From Chloroflexota bacterium (GTDB taxonomy: Bacteria > Chloroflexota > Anaerolineae > Anaerolineales > UBA11858), in NCBI GenBank assembly GCA_039714275.1, contig JBDLJO010000003.1:1-35913 (forward strand): 35,913 nucleotides of DNA, given 5' to 3'. A program made the translations under genes and the position numbers. Shown one piece after another: positions 27,032 to 35,206 of this stretch (position 1 is the first letter of the stretch; the number at the start of each line of letters is the position of its first letter). The notes under the pieces are model-generated. The model was given only the letters and a program-made list of their open reading frames with translations. It had not been told where the DNA came from and searched no databases.

Positions 27032-27382
27032 ATGTCCTCGATCACCGTTAATGTTACATTATATGGACCTTTGGCCAAATTTGCAGGTGGCAAATATATT
27101 GCACAAAAGGATGTGGAATTAAAGGCTGATGTTAAAATTAGGGATCTGATGGATCACTTCAAAATCCCTTATGACCAAAAAAGCTATTTATTTATCAATG
27201 CTGTCTTATGTGATATGCCCGGGCTGCTGGCATCCCTGAATGAAGAATTGGAAAGCGGCGACCATGTAGGCATCTTTTCACTGCAGCACATGTGGCCTTA
27301 TCAATATCGTGACGGGATTCGTATGTCTGAAACACTCACAGAGACTTTACGAAATCACGGCGCGATGCACAACGTCTACTAA
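27032..27382 (+). CDS. MoaD/ThiS-like beta-grasp protein with C-terminal extension, no Gly-Gly
   Basis: VNVTLYGPLAKF...IRDLMDHFKIP...LFIN...LESGDHVGIF, then about 34 extra residues. Start moved to ATG 27032, downstream of the predicted promoter. Confidence 0.75.
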   Translation: MSSITVNVTLYGPLAKFAGGKYIAQKDVELKADVKIRDLMDHFKIPYDQKSYLFINAVLCDMPGLLASLNEELESGDHVGIFSLQHMWPYQYRDGIRMSETLTETLRNHGAMHNVY

Positions 27383-27414
27383 TTTATTAAAATAATCAGT
27401 TGATAAAGGAGCGT

Positions 27415-29175
27415 ATGATGGCAAAAAAGATTCTTCGTATCAATATGACCAACCTCAAGGCGACCTACGAGGACGTTCCCGAAAAATGGGCACGTTGGGC
27501 AGGCCGAGGATTGACCTCCGCGATTATTGTTGATGAGGTAGACCCCACCTGCCATCCACTAGGGCCAAATAACAAACTGGCCATCGCTCCTGGTTGGGTA
27601 TCGGGCAGCCCTGCGGCCCCCAGCAGCGGGCGCACCTCCTTTGGCGGTAAAAGTCCCCTGACGGGCGGCATCAAAGAAGCCAACTCAGGCGGCCTTTCCA
27701 GCCAAAAAATTGCAAAACTTGGCCTAGCTGCGATCATCCTTGAGGGGAAGCCCAAAGATGATAAATGGTACAGCCTATTCATCAATAACGATGGTGTGCA
27801 ATTTGAAGATGCCGCCGGCCTTATGGGTAAGGGTATGTATGAGATTGATACCCTGATGTGGGAGAAATACGCTAACAAACCTGCTGTCGTCGGTATCGGA
27901 CCTGTTGGTGAGATGAAACTCTCCAACGCCGGCATCTCTGTAAACGACCCCGAAAATGAGCCTGGCCGCTACGCTGGACGCGGCGGTCTCGGAGCCGTAA
28001 TGGGGGCTCGGGGTGTCAAAGTTATGGTAATCGATGATAAAGACGGTCCAGGCGTAGAAGTTGCCAATAAAGAACTCTTTACTGAGGGACGCAAAAAACT
28101 AACCGCAGCGATTGGTGCACACGACCTGACCAAGAAAGACGGTGGTCTGTGGACTTTTGGCACCAACGTTTTGATGAATATCATCAACGAGGCTGGTGGT
28201 TTGCCTACCCGGAACTTTAGCGCTGGTCAATTTGAAGGCGCGGCAAAGATCTCGGGAGAGGCTGTGGTAGAGAATATTGAAGCCCGCGGCGGTGTCGGCG
28301 CAATCCATCATGCCTGCCATCCGGGCTGCATTATGCAGTGCTCCAGTATTTACCCCCACGAGGACGGCACGCCTTTTGTTTCAGTTATTGAGTATGAAAC
28401 ATCCTGGGCGCTGGGCGCGAACTGCGGCATTGATGATATCGAGTATATTGCCCAGGCTACCCGCGAGTGCAACGACATCGGTCTAGATACCATCGAAGCC
28501 GGTAACACGATTGCCATTGCGATGGACGGTGGTTATATCGAATTTGGCGACACAAAAGGTGCGCTAAAAACCTTCGATGAAATTCGCAATGGAACGCCTC
28601 TTGGGCGTGTGCTGGGTCAGGGCGTAGAAGCGACCGCCAAAGCCTTTGGTGTGTATCGCGTCCCCACTGTGAAGGGACAATCGATGCCCGCCTATGAGCC
28701 AAGGGCGATCAAAGGTATCGGCGTGACCTATGCTACAACAGCGATGGGTGCAGACCATACATCGGGTTACACGATCGCGCCAGAGATTGCTGGGGTAGGC
28801 GGTAAAGTTGATCCGCTGACTGATGCCGATAAAGCAGGTCTTTCGCTGACCTTCCAAGCTGCGACTGCTTATATTGACAGCACAGGCTACTGCCTCTTCA
28901 TCGCATTCCCAATTCTTGACATTGCTGAAGGTTGGGCTGGAATGGCTGAATCCGTTGCAGGTGTGACTGGTCTCAATATGACTGGCGATGATGTGATCGA
29001 TATTGGCAAAGAGATACTCAAGATGGAGCGTCTCTTCAATGAAGCGGCTGGCTTTACTCCCGCTGATGATCGTCTACCAGAATTCATGCGTGATGAGGCT
29101 TTGCCTCCACATAATGTAAAATGGACCATGTCCAATGAAGATCTGGATGATGTTTATGCCTGGGTACACGAATAG
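27415..29175 (+). CDS. aor: Aldehyde:ferredoxin oxidoreductase family (tungstopterin, 4Fe-4S)
   Basis: KSPLTGGIKEANSGG, GRGGLGAVMG, LPTRNF, C-X3-C-X3-C (CHPGCIMQC), EYET, DIGLD, PAYEPR, GADHT, DSTGYC, DDRLP; AAGGAG RBS. Confidence 0.93.
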   Translation: MMAKKILRINMTNLKATYEDVPEKWARWAGRGLTSAIIVDEVDPTCHPLGPNNKLAIAPGWVSGSPAAPSSGRTSFGGKSPLTGGIKEANSGGLSSQKIAKLGLAAIILEGKPKDDKWYSLFINNDGVQFEDAAGLMGKGMYEIDTLMWEKYANKPAVVGIGPVGEMKLSNAGISVNDPENEPGRYAGRGGLGAVMGARGVKVMVIDDKDGPGVEVANKELFTEGRKKLTAAIGAHDLTKKDGGLWTFGTNVLMNIINEAGGLPTRNFSAGQFEGAAKISGEAVVENIEARGGVGAIHHACHPGCIMQCSSIYPHEDGTPFVSVIEYETSWALGANCGIDDIEYIAQATRECNDIGLDTIEAGNTIAIAMDGGYIEFGDTKGALKTFDEIRNGTPLGRVLGQGVEATAKAFGVYRVPTVKGQSMPAYEPRAIKGIGVTYATTAMGADHTSGYTIAPEIAGVGGKVDPLTDADKAGLSLTFQAATAYIDSTGYCLFIAFPILDIAEGWAGMAESVAGVTGLNMTGDDVIDIGKEILKMERLFNEAAGFTPADDRLPEFMRDEALPPHNVKWTMSNEDLDDVYAWVHE

Positions 29176-29188
29176 GCACTAAAGTTTA

Positions 29189-29228
29189 ACAGAGAGGCTT
29201 TCGTAATAAAATACGAAAGCCTCTCTGT
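29189..29228 (+). terminator. Hairpin / terminator after aor
   Basis: ACAGAGAGGCTTTCGTA / TACGAAAGCCTCTCTGT 17-bp perfect inverted repeat followed by AT-rich sequence. Confidence 0.8.
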
Positions 29229-29287
29229 ATTTAATTTATGCTTTCTCAAGCATCGCCGTCTGCGGAAATTTGTGATATAAAACAGCC

Positions 29288-29527
29288 ATGAAAGTTGAAG
29301 TGCGCGTCTTTGCCACCCTAAGAAAATATATGCCCGGATTTGGCATTGGGGAGCCAAAAATCGTTGAACTCGCTGATGGGACAACCTTTGCCGAGTTACG
29401 AGATCAGCTTGCGCTTCCTGCGGAGGAAGTGAAAGTGATCATGCGAAATGGACTGCAAGCAGACCTAAATGAACTGATCGCGGATGGCGACCGCATCGCC
29501 TACATCCCGGCTGTAGCAGGGGGATAG
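29288..29527 (+). CDS. MoaD/ThiS-family sulfur carrier with C-terminal GG
   Basis: MKVEVRVFATLRKY...DGDRIAYIPAVAGG. Confidence 0.92.
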   Translation: MKVEVRVFATLRKYMPGFGIGEPKIVELADGTTFAELRDQLALPAEEVKVIMRNGLQADLNELIADGDRIAYIPAVAGG

Positions 29528-29532
29528 GGAAG

Positions 29533-30318
29533 ATGGCCATCTTCCAACATTCGCTTTGGGGATTCGAGCTGACCTTCCCTGATGATTGGGCTCATCAAAA
29601 CAATGCTGACGCGGATGGATTTGCTAAAAACTCGGCAGTTTTCGATCAGGTTGACAGCGCGAATCAAGAAGCCGCACATTTGCTCGTGCGCGGCGAGTGG
29701 AATGGTTTTCGAGAACCCATCGCGCCACGCTGGAATCAACATATCACCAAATTATCCATCATGGTGGGTGCCAAGAAACTCGGCTCGTCACCCTTTAGTA
29801 TGGCCGGCGCTAACGGCTTTGAAGCTGAAATTCAAATGCCACAGCGTGAGAACCGCCGGCTGTGGACGGCCATCTTGGCGCGGGACACCGTAATCTTACA
29901 TCTAATGGTCTCGCACCCCAGAGAAGAACGTGATGATTTTGAGCCGCTGGCAACTCAGATCATTGCCAGCCTGCGCTTTGTGGATCGAATCGATAATCTC
30001 GCTGCAACCGCAGAAGGCATTCCACTGCCGCCGGGTTATTCCCCTGTGGACCCCGCCAGTATTATTCCGGACGCACAAGATGGTAACAATTGGAGTGCCT
30101 ATGATGGGAAAAGCGGGATCGGCGCATTGCAAGCTTTTTTCTATCGAGAACTGCCCCATTACGGTTGGGATATCCAGGAATTTATCCCCTACCCAAATCA
30201 TGTTGATATCCATTTTGGCCGTCTGCGCATCCATAAAGACGACCTGACCGCCACACTTGGCATTATCCCCAATGGAGAAAAGGAAAAACTAGGGGAGCTT
30301 GTCATTAAGTTTGAGTAG
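29533..30318 (+). CDS. Hypothetical 261-aa protein, N-terminal PsbP/Mog1/DcrB-like pattern
   Basis: Long ORF 5 nt after the Ubl gene; starts F.H..WGFELTFPDDW and the domain ends ..QIIASLRF; second domain IPLPPGY...FFYRELPHYGW. The fold is an inference. Confidence 0.7.
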   Translation: MAIFQHSLWGFELTFPDDWAHQNNADADGFAKNSAVFDQVDSANQEAAHLLVRGEWNGFREPIAPRWNQHITKLSIMVGAKKLGSSPFSMAGANGFEAEIQMPQRENRRLWTAILARDTVILHLMVSHPREERDDFEPLATQIIASLRFVDRIDNLAATAEGIPLPPGYSPVDPASIIPDAQDGNNWSAYDGKSGIGALQAFFYRELPHYGWDIQEFIPYPNHVDIHFGRLRIHKDDLTATLGIIPNGEKEKLGELVIKFE

Positions 30319-30345
30319 AAATTCTCTAGTCTTTGGAAAATTCTT

Positions 30346-30666
30346 ATGATCACCATTCACCTGTACGGAAAACTGCGGCGATATGCTGCCAACAACAGCC
30401 CCTCGGCTAACAGCATTATTGAACTTGAAGCGATTGAGAATGAAACACTGCAAATGCTGCTGGGACGCGTCGGGATCAATATCAGCGAACTTTATACCAT
30501 TTTCTTAAATTCCAAACTGCTTACTTCGCGCACAAAGATAGCTCCATTTTTAGGATATCAGCAAGTCTGCGAGGAAAATTGCCAGACCTGGGATTTAAAT
30601 ATCGTGATCTCAGATGGTGATCGGGTAGGGTTGTTCGGACCAGATATGCCTGCATTGGTTGCATAA
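30346..30666 (+). CDS. MoaD/ThiS-like beta-grasp protein with internal insertion, no Gly-Gly
   Basis: ITIHLYGKLRRY...ETLQMLLGRVGI...IFLNSKL...ISDGDRVGLFG; ends PDMPALVA. Confidence 0.75.
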   Translation: MITIHLYGKLRRYAANNSPSANSIIELEAIENETLQMLLGRVGINISELYTIFLNSKLLTSRTKIAPFLGYQQVCEENCQTWDLNIVISDGDRVGLFGPDMPALVA

Positions 30667-30824
30667 CGGATCATTGGACGGAATTGGCTGAGTTTTATTA
30701 TTATCAGTCTCCTTCCTAGGGGAAAATCTAATAAATCGTATTCATTGTAATTCGTATCTAAATACTCTTTTTAGTGTTACTTGGATTAGCAGATTAATAT
30801 ATTCAAGTATGCAACAGGAGATTA

Positions 30825-31037
30825 ATGATGAAATTCAATAAGAATATGGGAAAGCTTGATCGCACGCTGCGCTTGATTGCCGCGGTTGTTTTTGGATATC
30901 TGTATTTCAGCAATACCGTTGCTGGTACGTTAGGCCTTGTGCTGCTGGTGTTAAGTGTAGTTTTTCTATTGACCAGTTTTGTCAGCTTTTGCCCACTTTA
31001 CCTGCCCTTTAAGTTTTCTACCCGGAATAAAGAATAA
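30825..31037 (+). CDS. DUF2892 (YgaP-like) small membrane protein
   Basis: KNMGKLDRTLR, two TM segments, TS...FCPLY...FST; AGGAG RBS. Confidence 0.88.
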   Translation: MMKFNKNMGKLDRTLRLIAAVVFGYLYFSNTVAGTLGLVLLVLSVVFLLTSFVSFCPLYLPFKFSTRNKE

Positions 31038-31071
31038 TACTTCGAAAGAGTTCCAAAAATTTCCAATACTA

Positions 31072-31110
31072 GAAACCAAAACCCGTGAGTAAATCACGGG
31101 TTTTGGTTTC
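31072..31110. terminator. Bidirectional terminator
   Basis: GAAACCAAAACCCGTGA / TCACGGGTTTTGGTTTC 17-bp perfect inverted repeat between convergent genes. Confidence 0.85.
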
Positions 31111-31156
31111 ATCATAAGTCTTGTTTACATTGACTACATCTTCAATCTTACAATCA

Positions 31157-32341
31157 TTAGAATATTGCCAGAGCTTGTTCCAAATCCGCTATCAAGTCAT
31201 CAACATGTTCAATTCCTACAGAGTAGCGAATCAAACTTTCGGGGATACCCATTGCGGCCCGCTGCTCAGCAGTCACTTCGACATGACTGGTGGTACGCGG
31301 TGGTCCAACCACAGTTTCTACGGGGCCTAAATTTGCAGCTATGTGGGCATATTGCAAACGCGGCAATAATTTACGCACGGCATCAAAATCACCATCCAGG
31401 AAAAAGCTCAGCATGCCGCCAAAACCGCGCATTTGCTGTTTAGCAATTTGATGATTTTCGTGTGACTCCAGCCCAGGGTAAAAGACATCCTTCACTATGG
31501 GATGAGATTTCAAAAAACGTGCGACTTTCATCGCGTTCTGATTTTGGCGTTCAATGCGTAATGCCAGGGTTTTCAACCCGCGAATCATCAAATAGGCTGC
31601 CGTAGGATGAAGCGTGGCGCCGTTGATCTCCCGATAAGCAAAAGCCTTTTCGACCAGTTCAGTCGAGCCGCAAAGCACGCCTCCCAGCGCATCGGCATGA
31701 CCGCCTATATATTTGGTCGCGCTATGAACGACCAAATTCGCGCCCAGTGCTAAGGGGTTGGTATTGATGGGTGTCGAGAAGGTGTTATCAACGATCACGA
31801 TGGCTCCGGCGGCATGACCTGCAGCTGCCAAACGAGCGATATCAACCACTTTCAATGTGGGGTTGGTTGGTGTTTCCAGGTACAGCACCTGGCAGCCTTT
31901 TTTAATCTCATCTTCAATAACCTCATGATCCGTGGTCGGGCAAAGCTGTGTTTCGATGCCCAGGCGGGGCAAAAAACGAGTGAAAATCTCATTTGTACCA
32001 CCGTAGGTATCTTTGATTGAAACCACCCGGTCACCAGGCTTGAGCAAGGCGTAAAGCGTGTTAGAAATCGCAGCCATGCCAGTCGAAAAACTGGTCGCGG
32101 CCTCGGCCCCTTCGAGTTGGCGCATTTTCTCTTCAAATACATCTACCGTAGGATTGGTATTGCGGCTGTAAATATGGCCATCCTCTTTTCCCAAAGCAAC
32201 ATCATACCAATGATCCAAATCGTTATAACCATATGAAACACTGTTTACCACGGGCACTTGCGTTGCCCGCAGCCAGCCATCTTTATTACCTTCACCCGCC
32301 CAAACAGAGAGTGTGCCTAAGTGTGGTTTTCTGGTATCCAT
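31157..32341 (-). CDS. Cystathionine gamma-synthase / trans-sulfuration family PLP enzyme
   Basis: YSRNTNPT, FSTGMAAI, ETPTNP, VDNTF, HSATKYIGGH (PLP Lys), IRYSVGIE. Confidence 0.92.
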   Translation of the reverse strand: MDTRKPHLGTLSVWAGEGNKDGWLRATQVPVVNSVSYGYNDLDHWYDVALGKEDGHIYSRNTNPTVDVFEEKMRQLEGAEAATSFSTGMAAISNTLYALLKPGDRVVSIKDTYGGTNEIFTRFLPRLGIETQLCPTTDHEVIEDEIKKGCQVLYLETPTNPTLKVVDIARLAAAGHAAGAIVIVDNTFSTPINTNPLALGANLVVHSATKYIGGHADALGGVLCGSTELVEKAFAYREINGATLHPTAAYLMIRGLKTLALRIERQNQNAMKVARFLKSHPIVKDVFYPGLESHENHQIAKQQMRGFGGMLSFFLDGDFDAVRKLLPRLQYAHIAANLGPVETVVGPPRTTSHVEVTAEQRAAMGIPESLIRYSVGIEHVDDLIADLEQALAIF

Positions 32342-32420
32342 TTTTTCTCCTTATTCTTCAAAAACCATGAACCGAAACAATTTTATCGTTGATAATCATG
32401 AAGAATCATTATTGTATTTT

Positions 32421-33590
32421 CTATTGACAATAGTTGATCGCAGTTTCTGCCAACACATAGGTAAGATCTACAACGGAATCTAAATCAACCCATTCTATTG
32501 CACTGTGCAGCCCTTTTCCCTTGGGTCCAATCAATACCGTTTCCATCCCCGCATCCGCAAACAAGGCCGCATCCGTCCAGAAAGTTTGACCTGTGTGCTT
32601 TGGATGATGTCCAAGACGATTTCCTAAAGCGTGATCCAGCGTCTCTACGATAGGAGTATCAGGTGCGGCTTCGAAGGGATGGCGCCAAAATGTGGGTTTT
32701 ACGGTTCCCTTGAAAGTTGAGTCTTGCTCCCCAAGTTGATCCATAATGGCCTGCAATTCAGCTGTGGCCTGCTCAACGGTTTCCCCCGGAACAGTACGAC
32801 GCTCCATTTTCAGCAAGCAGTTGGCAGCATAGATACTGACTTCTTTGCCTCCCCGCAAAAATGCGGCATGAAGCGAAGGCGGACCGGCTAACGGATGTCC
32901 TGGGCGCTTCAATAATGCCTGTTCCAGCTTATCCAGCTCTGCGAGAAAACGTCCCATGCGCATATTGGCATCAACGCCTTCTGCGTAACGGCTGCCGTGT
33001 GCAGCACGGCCGATGGTCTCTACATCGTACCAAATAAACCCGCGGTGGGCACGGCAGATATGCATATCGGTAGGTTCGGTAACGATAGCCGCGTTGGCAG
33101 AAAATTCACGTACCAAGGCTTCGGTACCGATGCTGCTGTGCTCTTCATCAGCTACTGCCGTAATCAGCAGATCCCCTGCTAAGGTGATACCTGCATCCAC
33201 CAATGCTTTGGCAGCGGCGATCATGGCCCCCAAACTGGCTTTCATATCCTGCGAGCCGCGTCCAAAAAGGCATCCATCCCGAATTTCTGCGCCAAAGGGA
33301 TCAATGGTCATCCCTTCGACACCAACGGTATCCATGTGGGCGTTGAGCAGCAGTGAACGTCCTCCACCAGAGCCTTTGAGTACACCAACAACATTAAAAC
33401 GTCCTGATTCAATTTCCGTTGTGGTGACATCCAAACCAAGACGGTTAAGCTTACCTGCGACATAATCAGCAATTTCTGCTTCACCCTTCCCTTCCGGTGT
33501 CAGCAGGGGATTGATGGAATTGATGCGTACCATTTCTTCAATGGTCTTAATAAGATAGGTTTCGTCAATTGAGAAATTAGTTTTTGCCAA
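32421..33590 (-). CDS. M20 ArgE/DapE-family deacylase
   Basis: NAHMDTV, GRGSQDMK, DEE, EPT, GRAAHGS, GLHS..EWV; start set to TTG 33590 with GGAGG 5 nt upstream. Confidence 0.92.
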   Translation of the reverse strand: MAKTNFSIDETYLIKTIEEMVRINSINPLLTPEGKGEAEIADYVAGKLNRLGLDVTTTEIESGRFNVVGVLKGSGGGRSLLLNAHMDTVGVEGMTIDPFGAEIRDGCLFGRGSQDMKASLGAMIAAAKALVDAGITLAGDLLITAVADEEHSSIGTEALVREFSANAAIVTEPTDMHICRAHRGFIWYDVETIGRAAHGSRYAEGVDANMRMGRFLAELDKLEQALLKRPGHPLAGPPSLHAAFLRGGKEVSIYAANCLLKMERRTVPGETVEQATAELQAIMDQLGEQDSTFKGTVKPTFWRHPFEAAPDTPIVETLDHALGNRLGHHPKHTGQTFWTDAALFADAGMETVLIGPKGKGLHSAIEWVDLDSVVDLTYVLAETAINYCQ

Positions 33591-33850
33591 GGGAACCTCC
33601 AATCTTTTTCATTGGTTGAACCTCCGTATTATAGAACATTCTAAAAAAATAGCCGCGTTAATTCCCAATATAAATGATTCAAAGAAGGCTTAGGGGTACT
33701 CTTCGGTCTGCAAAAAGCTGGTAAAATCAAGCCCGCTGTAGAACGGCGCATGAACTGATCGAGGCTGCAGCAGTGATGGGGCGAAATGTATTTGTAGTAA
33801 GCGAGCAGTGAAGAAATAAATTCAACCACCAATCTAGGAAAAAAAGGCCA

Positions 33851-35185
33851 ATGACATCCAGACCATTGCAAAAGAAATCCTTTAGTGCCTGGGAGCAAGC
33901 AGCCCGACTGGCGGAAAAGACCCCAGATTCTCGCAACCGCTATGTAGATTTCCTGCGAGCGGTGTCGATCATCACCGTTATTCTGGGGCATTGGCTGGTT
34001 GCGGCCCCTTATGTAGATTCCGGCCAGTTAGTGCTTTCCGATATTCTTTCCCTCATGCCCTGGACCCAATGGCTGACTTGGCTTTTGCAGGTGATGCCGA
34101 TCTTTTTCATCGTCGGCGGATTCTCCAATGCCATCTCCTGGCGATCCGCTCAAGGTCGCGGGGAAGGCTATAATATTTGGCTGGCTGCCCGTCTTCGGCG
34201 TTTGATCACCCCTGTCCTACCGGTGCTGATCATCTGGGGGCTGATTGGGGTTATAGCAAATTACCTCCATGCCGATCGTGCGGTTGTACAAGCCGCATCT
34301 CAATTTGCACTTCTGCCGGCATGGTTTTTGGTTGTGTATATTGTGGTTGTTAGTCTGGTTCCAGTAGCTTTCCAGGCCTGGGAGAAATACAAACTTAGCT
34401 CTTTTTGGGGGCTTACAGCCTGTGCAGTCCTGGTGGATACTGCCGCCTTCGCGGCTGGTTGGAAGTCTCTTGGCTGGCTAAACTACCTTTTCGTTTGGTT
34501 GGCAGTTCACCAATTAGGGCTGGCCTGGCAAGACGGGTACCTGACCGGCATACGAAAAAGCCTGCCCTGGGCGATAGGCGGCATCGGGGTATTGGTTGGA
34601 CTGGTAAAATTCGGACCGTACCCCATCAGCATGGTTTCCGTTCCGGGAGAAGAGATCAGTAACACGCTGCCGCCCAACTTGACCATGCTGGCACTGGGCG
34701 TTTTCCAGGGTGGAACACTGCTCTCATTAGAGAAACCAATTCGGAAGTGGTTGGATAAAGCAGAAATCTGGACTGCGACCGTGCTGATCAATGGGATGAT
34801 CATGACTCTCTTCCTCTGGCATGTCACCGCGCTGACCCTGGGGACTGGCCTGTCTTTATTATCTGGAGGCATAGGTCTGAGGTTAATTCCGGGAACGGGA
34901 ACCTGGTGGCTGACACGCCCCATCTGGCTCCTTACCCTAGGTGCAATTTTAATACTCTTTGTCCCCATTTTTGTGCGGTTTGAACGTTCACGCTCATCCA
35001 AGGACGCCGCTCCTATCCCAACCTGGCGGCTGCTTGTGGGCGGACTGATGATCTGTTTTGGGCTGGCAATTTTAACGCTGAAAGGCGTTACTTCAGAATA
35101 TTGGCCGGGCATCCGCCTGTTAGAATTAGGCACCCCCTTTGTCGGGGCGGCTGCAGCCGGGTTTAGTTTATTTCAAAAACGTTGA
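33851..35185 (+). CDS. Acyltransferase-3 family integral membrane protein
   Basis: RNRYVDFLRA......GHW, QVMPIFFIVGG, RLRRL, WFL..Y; multiple TM helices. Confidence 0.87.
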   Translation: MTSRPLQKKSFSAWEQAARLAEKTPDSRNRYVDFLRAVSIITVILGHWLVAAPYVDSGQLVLSDILSLMPWTQWLTWLLQVMPIFFIVGGFSNAISWRSAQGRGEGYNIWLAARLRRLITPVLPVLIIWGLIGVIANYLHADRAVVQAASQFALLPAWFLVVYIVVVSLVPVAFQAWEKYKLSSFWGLTACAVLVDTAAFAAGWKSLGWLNYLFVWLAVHQLGLAWQDGYLTGIRKSLPWAIGGIGVLVGLVKFGPYPISMVSVPGEEISNTLPPNLTMLALGVFQGGTLLSLEKPIRKWLDKAEIWTATVLINGMIMTLFLWHVTALTLGTGLSLLSGGIGLRLIPGTGTWWLTRPIWLLTLGAILILFVPIFVRFERSRSSKDAAPIPTWRLLVGGLMICFGLAILTLKGVTSEYWPGIRLLELGTPFVGAAAAGFSLFQKR

Positions 35186-35206
35186 GCATTGTACAAGGAA
35201 ATCAAT

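Noticed and set aside
33641-33991. 116-aa and 69-aa minus-strand ORFs in the deacylase/acyltransferase divergent region
   Set aside because: They overlap the acyltransferase start in antisense and have no SD or protein-like motif.
34507-35133. 208-aa minus-strand ORF
   Set aside because: Lies fully antisense to the acyltransferase-3 gene; no SD or recognisable motif.
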